Source: Antedon mediterranea (taxonomy: Eukaryota; Animalia; Echinodermata). From it: a stretch of 64,000 nt of DNA. Positions 53,986 to 64,000 of the stretch are shown one piece after another. The notes under the pieces were generated by a model, which was not told where the DNA came from, ran no database searches, and worked only from the letters and a program-made list of their open reading frames with translations. The stretch's first letter is position 1. Each line of letters begins with the position of its first letter. The translations under genes were made by a program, and so were the position numbers. The DNA lies in the NCBI RefSeq assembly GCF_964355755.1, contig NC_092671.1, positions 248,001 to 312,000 of the forward strand, written 5' to 3'.

Positions 53986-56344
53986 ACGATTGCGTTGTAG
54001 TGGTAGTATGAAAGTTGACAACAAAGTGTGATCAAATACTAGGAAATATTCAACCGATTTTCGGTAATGTATCTATTTCTGAAGTATCATAGGAATATTA
54101 ACAGGCACCAAATGTGATATAATTGAGATGCTGTAGATGCCAAATATTCATTATGATAGGCCTACTTCGAAAATAGATAGTATGCGGAGATACAGCACTG
54201 GGAATCGGGTGGAATAGTATTGGTGAGCGCATCCCGGATTAATTTGTTATAACATTTCTTTCTTCATCTAAAAAAAAGTAGTCTGAACAAATGTGAAGAA
54301 CTGTTTTGTGCAGTTAATATTCAAGTCACAAGAACTGTTAAATCTTCTGGATTAGGGTTTAGAACGGAAATATCTTCTTGAGCGGCTCGTTGATATCCAT
54401 ATATTCATAGCGTCCGATGTACGTCTGCTGCTTTGGGTTTCGTATATTATATACTAGTATAAGTTGGGTTGACATATAGTAAAACTCTACTAATGTATAT
54501 AGCATTGATGGAAATGAGTGCGTTGACAAGTAAAAACATAAACCTGCGGACATTTAGTAAGTAATATTAATTGCCGTGTTAAGCTTTACGGAACGTATTA
54601 CGTTGTCAATGTAGAAAATCACATTAAGTAGCACATTCTTTATTTTGTCTCCCTTAAACTTGCTCTTGGTGTAAACAAAATTATTTTAAAAAATCAACAT
54701 AGTTATCATTACAACATAATCACCCGTCGTTTTTACATAAATGATAAAATAAAAGGCACATTTTTCATAAACATTATTAGCATTCGCCCGCTGTTATTTT
54801 ACGTACCGGTATTAATTATAAATTTATTTTTTCTGTGCTATCCACGCAAAAAATAATGTCATTGTTGCAATTGGAAGTAAGTTTGTTGTCAAATTGATAA
54901 CGGTACTTAGCACGTACTTAATATTCACCCTCTTGATTTAAACAATTGCAAAGTAGGTGAAAAACTACCAAAGTTATTGAAAGAAAACTATGTCAGGAAA
55001 AAACAGTCATAATAGAATTAGGTCTTTCCAATCGCAAAAACATACATATATTCACAATTGAGTTTTATCCATATATCTGCTATAAATTATAGCCTAAATA
55101 TTCATAACATGATTACCCATTTGAATATAAAAGTAAAATTATTAATATATTTCTTTGTAAAATATAGGTACAATACAAAAATTAGCATTCATTCCTTAGT
55201 CAGTAATTGTATTGTATTCCTCCGGCAGAAATTAAGCCTATAACAATAAAGAATTTAAAATAATGTTATTATACTTAAGCCTATATTGTACGGTTTTAAT
55301 CCATCTAATTCATTTAAACTTTTACATAAATAAACGCCCGTAATAATGCATGTTATGGATATTAATCAACGATGATTTATACTTAGTGTATGCATGCACG
55401 ATCAACGGCTTAACCTCTCATCCCAGTGGGCGAGAGAGAGTACTGATGGTCAAATATATCAACAGCGCATGTCACGATCATCACGGTAATTATGCTATCC
55501 ACGAAAAAAATAATTACCAGACTAGCAATTAAGAGAGGCTATTTTGTTGCTGTTGTAGTAATACTGGATGTTTAACGTCAGTTAAATTATTGTCGATAAT
55601 AGTGAAAAACAGACAGTTTTGTGCTCCATGGTCGCTCACATTATTATAAATTTTCAAACTAAATATCGTATCGCTGAACCTCATTCTTAATTGTCTGTCA
55701 ACCTATTATATACAACATATTCATTTGAATTTCAGAGTGCTTTTCAATTATACGTTCGTTTAGAAGAATGATGAATGCCGGTCCGTTGCGCCGTCGCCTT
55801 GTATTTTAAATAATCGTCATACTGATGACGTAATCAATTACTTATAACTAACTTAATTGCAAACGATATAAGAAGAATATCATAAATTAACGTCAATGAA
55901 AATGTCGTAGTTTGTCATACTAATTTTTTTAAAGAATTTGTCCCATGCTGCACTTAAGAAAAGAATGACGTGAAAGTTATTCAAGAATCGCTTTATTAAT
56001 GTGGCGACGGAAATGATACTGTATTTGTCTGTTTTTTTTTTCTTTTTCTCAAGGATAAATCGAGGCAAAACGTGTAGTCCAATTACAATAACATCTAATA
56101 ATCAATATTAATTAAATTGAAAGTAATTATGGCACATCAAGTATAATCAACTTTGATACATTGTTTCTTTAATTTCGTCTTTATGTTTCCTGTGTGTTAG
56201 ATATTGATCAGTTGCTTTCAAGCAAATAACATTTTAAAAGAAGTAGTTTTTAATATGTTAATGGAATTCAATGCAAAAAAAGTTGAATCAGCATTGCACA
56301 TACTATTTTCTGAAAAGCAAGAAATAAACAGAATGAGCTTCATC

Positions 56345-58047
56345 AAGTATAAGACAGGTCACCTACAAGTAATAGACACGTCACATAAAAATAATAGACA
56401 CGCCACATAAAAATAATAGACAGGTCACCTACAAGTATAAGACAGGTCACCTACAAGTAATAGACAGGTCACATAAAAAAATATACAGGTCACCTACAAG
56501 TAATAGACACGTCACATAAAAATAATAGACACGCCACATAAAAATAATAGACAGGTCACCTACAAGTATAAGACAGATCACCTACAAGTATAAGGCAGGT
56601 CACCTATGAGTATAAGACAGGTCACCTACAAGTATAAGACAGGTCACATAAAAGTAATAGACACGCCACATAAAAATAATAGACACGCCACATAAAAATA
56701 ATAGACACGCCACATAAAAATAATAGACAGGTCACCTACAAGTATAAGACAGGTCACCTACAAGTAATAGACAGATCACCTACAAGTATAAGGCAGGTCA
56801 CCTATGAGTATAAGACAGGTCACCTACAAGTATAAGACAGGTCACATAAAAGTAATAGACACGCCACATAAAAATAATAGACACGCCACATAAAAATAAT
56901 AGACAGGTCACCTACAAGTATAAGACAGGTCACCTACAAGTAATAGACAGATCACCTACAAGTATAAGGCAGGTCACCTATGAGTATAAGACAGGTCACC
57001 TACAAGTAATAGACAGGTCACATAAAAGTAATAGACAGGTCACCTACAAGTAATAGACAGGTCACATAAAGTAATAGACAGGTCACATAAAAAAATATAC
57101 AGGTCACCTACAAGTAATAGACACGTCACATAAAAGTAATAGACAGGTCACCTACAAGTAATAGACAGGTCACCTACAAGTAATAGACAGGTCACCTACA
57201 AGCAATAGACAGGTCACCTACAAGTAATAGACAGGTCACCTACAAGTAGCCTAATAGACAGGTCACCTACAAGTAATAGACAGGTCACCTACAAGTAGCC
57301 TAATAATAGACAGGCCACATAAAAGTAATAGACAGGTCACCTACTAGTAATAGACAGGTCACCTACAAGCAATAGACAGGTCACCTACAAGTATAAGACA
57401 TGTCACCTACAAGTATAAGACAGGTCACCTAAAAGTATAAGACAGGTCACCAACAAGTATAAGACAGGTCACCTACAAGCAATAGACAGGTCACCTACAA
57501 GTAATAGACAGGTCACCTACAAGTAATAGACAGGTCACCTACAAGTATAAGACATGTCACCTACAAGTATAAGACAGGTCACCTATAAGTATAAGCCAGG
57601 TCACCTAAAAGTATAAGACAGGTCACCAACAAGTATAAGACAGGTCACCTACAAGAAATAGACAGGTCACCTACAAGTAATAGACAGGTCACCTACAAGT
57701 AGCCTAATAGACAGGTCACCTACAAGTAATAGACAGGTCACCTACAAGTAGCCTAATAGACAGGTCACCTACAAGTAATAGACAGGTCACCTACAAGTAG
57801 CCTAATAATAGACAGGCCACATAAAAGTAATAGACAGGTCACCTACTAGTAATAGACAGGTCACCTACAAGCAATAGACAGGTCACCTACAAGTATAAGA
57901 CAGATCACCTACAAGTATAAGACAGGTCACCTATGAGTATAAGACAGGTCACCTACAAGTAATAGACACGTCACATAAAATGAATAGACAGGTCACATAA
58001 AAGTAATAGACAGGTCACCTACAAGTAATAGACACGTCACATACAAG
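56345..58047 (+). repeat. ~22-bp minisatellite (agacaggtcacctacaagtaat/tata variants)
   Basis: About 75 monomers, with variant blocks duplicated as higher-order units. Confidence 0.97.
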
Positions 58048-61000
58048 CACAAGCCAGTGTTCATCGTGTTGGTAAATAAAACACCAAGTACTGCATGTCC
58101 ATTAAAACAGATTATTTGAAGATAGCTATAAATAACAGTTCATTAATGTTTGATTACATTAAATTATCAATTAATTTCTTGCAAGAGAGAAATATTATTA
58201 TTATGATTATTCTTTATTTGGTCCAATATATAAAAACATACATCAGAAATTCCTCTTATATACACTACAGAGATAGTAGCAAATATACATACCAAATACA
58301 AATCAATATAAAATCACATATAAAATATCAAAAAGTCTACGACCCATGTGTTCTCTCCATGAGTTAGTGTTGGACAATTTTGTTATAGGTGACAAAAGAC
58401 TGTGGGACAAATGATTTATTGTAGCGTTTAGTACGGCTTCGAGGCAGACGGATACAAATATTAGATGGAAGGAAAGTGTATTCCTTATGGAGGTGGGGGG
58501 GGGGGAGTCTGTTTGAGAGAGTATACGTTTTACCAAGGAGAGAACACCTGCGTCATAGTTAAAAATTAAATACGGATACATCAACTCCAATAACCCGCCC
58601 GGCCCTTCTGGAAATTTTACTTAATAGTTCCTTTTCCATTTAAACAAGCCTCCCAGATAATTCTACAAAAAGATATATAACACCAAGTATGGTCGACTTG
58701 TAGAACAGTATAAGAATTTGTTTGCTAACATTAAATTTCCTAAGTTGTCCTTTTTTTTATAGCGTCTTTGAATGTTATTACACCAGTCCAGCTAAATAAA
58801 TTGGTTATAACATTTAATGTAACTGTATGGATTAGAGCAGGCTTACCATGAAATGATATACTCAGTAAGGATTAGAGTACACACTCTAGTAAGAATTAGA
58901 GTAGTAGAACAGAATAGGCCTACTCTAAGAATGTATAGGTACCGCACTAATACTCTACAAAGGAATGTTAGTATAGCGCCACCAGCGAGTATATGTAGAA
59001 AAAACTTTAAGCCTCCTGTTTTTGCAAGCCAAATCGGTCACTATAAACATCCTCAGAAAATCTATTAATTTAATAAACGCCGAGCGTACAACGTGTAGTA
59101 ATGCTGTGTGCGAATAGTGTCGTTTCTATCCAATCCTACTTTTTCTCTGTCCTTGTCGAGCTTATCTTTTGTTTTCTTTTAATGTCATCTGAAATTGATT
59201 GTCATACATCTATTTCCTTGGGGATTGCAGAAGGCAGTCTTTTAATTTATCTTGTACCATGTAATGCGATTATTCCTATTATTCGTATCCCCAAGTTGTC
59301 GACACCGAAATTAAAATGGTAAATAGTTGAACATCTTGTGACGGGAAAGACATTCTATAACGATATATTATTACGTGTTTTAATGGCATACAGCTTCGTA
59401 AAGCTACAATTTAATTTCAAACTTCTGGAGGGACAAATGAAATAGCCGATTTCAATATTACATGTATCTAAGGTTATTATCGGTTCCTTTGTCAGCAATA
59501 TACGTATGTTTTAAAATGAACGTTGCCAGTGCTTAATGTGGTAAAGGAGACGTATGCATCTTTATTAACAGTCGGGATTGAATAGTTGACACACGCCCGT
59601 TGCATAATTATTAAATCAAAAATCGTAAAATGTATTCTAAAAAAAAATAGTTAGAATATGATTAGTAATTTGAAAACAAATTATGTTTGCTCCACACAAC
59701 TACCATGTGAAAAACCGTCGCGTCGACGCGTCGTTCCACATGGGATACAACATCTTCTGACACTAAGGCTTCACAACGAACGTTTTCTAAATGGGCATCT
59801 TCTATCAAACATGTTCAATATTTAAGTAATTCATATTTCAACAGTTATTGGTTGTTGCCAACTCTTGGGAAATATGAGTGTGTTTTATATCGATTCCAAT
59901 TACCCATACACAACTAGCTGTGGTGGTCAGCTGGTCAAAGGGTCAATCTTTCTAGCTAGCTAGCTGTTTTCAGAACGACCTAATGTATTCTACTATATCA
60001 TCTAAATTGAATAATTATGCAAAAGTTTCATTTCGCAATGTTAATTCATTTGTCGATATTTACTTTTAATTTGTCTTTCCTCATTACAAGGGAATATTGA
60101 CGTATAATGCACACGATCATTCGTGAATATCTTTTCGACAAAGTATTTATATTTAACATAACGGTATAAAGGATATATGCTTTACTTATTGAATTCATGT
60201 TCTTAAGCAAAGTTAGGCATAGCAGTGTTCAACTGCTGGTTAAAATAAAGCATGTATGCCTAGTAACATTAGAGGTAAATGTAATGACAACGAATTGATT
60301 CTAGTTAAACTAAACAACATATAATATTATTATTATATTTGTACAGTTCGTTATAATTTTTCCAGGGATATTTTTTTTTTCGGTATAAAATATAAACATT
60401 TTTGTATACAATAACTAAACAAGAACGGTCACATTCATTCAAGTATGCCTTTTAGCTTCATTAAATTATTATGGAGATTTTCGTCCCCTGAGAGAGTCTC
60501 GTATCACTCTCTATAATTTGACAATGATGACGACAAGTAGACAAACAACATTAAGACGTTGCCTTATCATTTTCACTACACATTCGACATGTGTACATTG
60601 TGAAATTATTCGTATACGTTTGTCAATCGTACACGACCACCGCTGGTTCATCATTTCCGATATAAAAATAAATACCCGACCGTATGATTTCAGGGAAACT
60701 TTAACTCAAAGTCATTATGCCAGTATGATTCGTTTTAGACAATTTTCATATCGCTCCTGTTATCGGGTAAACTTTGTAGAAAATATATAATAATAAATAT
60801 CCATTATCTAATATGTTAAACAATGTTTTGTGTACAGTTATGATATCAATTTAAATGAAATACAAATTAGTAATTAATAGATTTTCATCGTCTAATTATT
60901 CATTTTATCGATAATGTATCAACATTCCATCATGGTTAGGTTAGATTAAAGACGGTTGTAAATTGTATCCAATCTGACGTGAAAATGTACTCATTACGTA

Positions 61001-61121
61001 TAATGAGAACGTGAGCGGATAAAATATGCAAACTGTTCCTAAGGGGAATCAAACCCACGATGTTGATCTTCTATGATTCGATTCTAAGAGTTCTTACTTA
61101 ATTGTTACAATGTTACGATAA

Positions 61122-61280
61122 TAACTGGGTTCCCATTATGCACTCAACGCAAGAACATAAGCGCAAGTAATTTGACCAATCGCCGCGATGGATCGTCATC
61201 AATCTCGTCGTCGTCATTGGTCAAATGATTATTTGCGTTGCGCTTACGCCCGTGTGTGGCGTTCAGGGAACCGAGATTTA
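61122..61280. mobile_element. Short palindromic MITE-like element, copy 2 (diverged)
   Basis: ggttccc...taagcgcaa.taatttgaccaat..gatgga..attggtcaaat..ttgcgctta...gggaacc. Confidence 0.65.
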
Positions 61281-61917
61281 GCACAACGTAGGGGATACTT
61301 TGCGATAAAACAAACGGAATAAAAAAGTAACTTCACGTCTTGTTGGTTTTAAAAGTAAGTTTCATCCCATGGGTGGTTATAAGTTTGTTTCATTCGTGAC
61401 GATCTGTTCTTATGACCGTGTGACTTGTGATGGTGAATTCAGTCGATACGACCAAACCACGCGAGTTTCATTCGTGGTGGTGTGCGTGTGCGAGTGAAAT
61501 GTGGCCATATAAAACTGCATTTATGGCCATACCAGATGTATACCGGTTTTACCAACATTGTATAGTTGCATCCACAATATCGTTATTATACTGCAATTTG
61601 AAACAGATGTGTGCACTTGTCTTTTAACGGTAGCATGATTAAGTTACCCCACTTAAAACATTCCACCGGGGAATGAACGTTTACAGACACCTTAGGGGTG
61701 AAGTTAATGGTCGTTATGTGTGTCGAATGATTTGATCCATTTAGCACAACTTATATTACATTTCCACTTAAATTAGCAACGTCATATCATCGATAATTAG
61801 CAAGCATTTAACCCAGCACTTTTTTTTTCATCAATTTTATGAAACATTGTAATATTAGCCGCTTTCTATTGTGTTTAATGTCGACGTGTCAATATAGCCT
61901 TACCTTTCTTACCACTG

Positions 61918-64000
61918 TAGGGACTATTAGTGTTAGTATAGGGACTGTTAGTATAGGGACTGTTAGTATAGGGACTGTTAGTATAGGGACTGTTAGTATA
62001 GGGAGCGTTATTATAGGGAATGTTAGTATAGGGAGTGTTGGTAGGGACTGTTAGTATAGGGACTGTTAGTATAATATGGAGTGTTAGTAGGGACTGTCAG
62101 TATAGGGCTGTTAGTATAGAGACTCTTAGGGCCCGTTTATGAACAGCAAGTAACCGGATAACTTGTCATCTTTTGGGGTCATTAATCATACTTTAACGAC
62201 CCTTAATGGCTTTTTTGAGTACTACCACCTGGGTTATCCGGACCAACCTCAGCCCGGCAAATTTGGAGGGTTGGCTTGTCCTCGGGGGAGTTGAAAGCGA
62301 CCTTGCTGGATTAAACAATGTATTTTATGAGATAATCATGCACATCAGGCTGAAAATAAGGCCATGAGTAGCCGGATAACTAGAAGTCTGTAAACGGTAT
62401 TGAGAAGTTTGATTTAGCCTTGTCAGGAGAGACCTCTGGCATATCCAGATACTTTAAATGTTCATAAACACAACCTTAGTATAGGGACTGTTAGTATAGG
62501 GACTGTTAGTAAATAGGGACTGTTAGTATAGGGACTGTTAGTATAGTGAGTGTTAGTATAGGGAGTGTTAGTATATGGACTGTTAGTATAGTGAGTGTTA
62601 ATATAGGGACTGTTAGTAAATAGGGACTGTTAGTATAGGGACTGTTAGTATAGCGAGTGTTAGTATAGGGACTGTTAGTAAATAGGGACTGTTAGTATAG
62701 GGACTGTTAGGATAGGGAGTGTTTGTATAGGGAGTGTTAGTATAGGGACTCTTAGTATAGGGACTGTTAGTATAGGGACTGTTAGTATAGGGAGTGTTAG
62801 TATAGGGACTGTTAGTATAGGGAGTGTTAGTATAGGGACTGTTAGTATAGGGAGTGTTAGTATAGGGACTGTTAGTATAGTGAGTGTTAGTATAGTGACT
62901 GTTAGTATAGGGACTGTTAGGATAGGGAGTGTTTGTATAGGGAGTGTTAGTATAGGGACTCTTAGTATAGGGACTGTTAGTATAGGGAGTGTTAGTATAG
63001 GGAGTGTTAGTATAGGGACTGTTAGTATAGGGAATGTTAGTATAGGGACTGTTAGTATAGGGAGTGTTAGTATAGGGACTCTTAGTATAGGGACTGTTAG
63101 TATAGGGACTGTTAGTATAGGGAGTGTTAGTATAGGGACTGTTAGTATAGGGACTCTTAGTATAGGGACTGTTAGTATAGGGACTGTTAGTATAGGGAGT
63201 GTTAGTATAGGGACTCTTAGTATAGGGACTGTTAGTATAGGGACTGTTAGTATAGGGAGTGTTAGTATAGGGACTCTTAGTATAGGGACTGTTAGTATAG
63301 GGACTGTTAGTATAGTGAGTGTTAGTATAGGGAGTGTTAGTATAGGGACTGTTAGTATAGTGAGTGTTAGTATAGGGACTGTTAGTATAGTGAGTGTTAG
63401 TATAGGAAGTGTTAGTATAGGGACTGTTAGTATAGGGACTGTTAGTATAGGGAATGTTAGTATAGGGACTGTTAGTATAGGGACTGTTAGTATAGTGAGT
63501 GTTAGTATAGGGACTGTTAGTATAGGGACCGTTAGTATAGGGACTGTTAGTATAGGTACTGTTAGTATAGGGACTGTTAGTATAGTGAGTGTTAGTATAG
63601 GGACTGTTAGGATAGGGAGTGTTTGTATAGGGAGTGTTTAGTATAGGGAGTGTTTAGTATAGGGACTGTTAGTATAGGGAGTGTTAGTATAGGGACTGTT
63701 AGTATAGGGACTGTTAGTATAGGGACTGTTAGTATAGGGAGTGTTAGTATAGGGACTGTTAGTATAGGGAGTTTTAGTATAGTGAGTGTTAGTATAGGGA
63801 ATGTTAGTATAGGGACTGTTAGTATAGGGAGTGTTAGTATAGGGACTGTTAGTATAGTGAGTGTTAGTATAGGGAATGTTAGTATAGTGAGTGTTAGTAT
63901 AGGGAATGTTAGTATAGGGACTGTTAGTATAGGGACTGTTAGTATAGGGACTGTTAGTATAGGGACCGTTAGTATAGGGACTGTTAGTATAGGGACTGTT
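61918..64000 (+). repeat. 15-bp minisatellite (gggactgttagtata / gggagtgttagtata), runs off the window end
   Basis: More than 100 monomers, interrupted at 62129-62475. Confidence 0.97.
62129..62475. mobile_element. PIF/Harbinger-like MITE (347 bp) inserted in the 15-bp minisatellite
   Basis: TTA at 62126-62128 and 62476-62478. 17-bp imperfect TIR gg(gccc/ttgt)gtttatgaaca. Removing the element restores the repeat unit gactctta-gtata. Confidence 0.8.

Noticed and set aside
62880-63641. 253-aa ORF of (G/V)(T/S)VSI repeats resembling an antifreeze or beta-helix protein
   Set aside because: It is a translation of a 15-bp minisatellite with no ATG start, and flanking units contain frameshifting indels.
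53816-64000. Third NPR exon (expected to start with a VNxFxxxFHDA-like motif)
   Set aside because: No such motif was seen, so it probably lies beyond the window.

Overview
AT-rich animal genomic DNA (spliceosomal introns, TTAGGG motifs; an invertebrate deuterostome such as an echinoderm is my guess, not shown by the sequence). The only intact host gene is the 5' part of a natriuretic-peptide-receptor / receptor guanylyl cyclase family gene on the + strand. Coding exon 1 (22412-23147) and exon 2 (53514-53815) are separated by a ~30.4-kb intron, and the gene continues beyond the window. The rest is repeat-rich. It holds a 6.9-kb decayed EnSpm/CACTA (CMC) element with tandem-repeat arms and two divergent pseudogenes, several MITEs with recognisable TIR/TSD signatures (hAT, PIF/Harbinger, MULE, Kolobok), Helentron-type elements, a three-level nested insertion, and several minisatellites, one carrying telomeric TTAGGG tracts. 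A Penelope-type repeat unit carries an apparently intact minimal hammerhead ribozyme. The palindrome TAGGCCTA is strongly over-represented, and minisatellite variants suggest it arises by insertion at TA sites. Almost all ORFs in the supplied track are spurious. All family calls come from manual reading and recalled motifs, with no database search.
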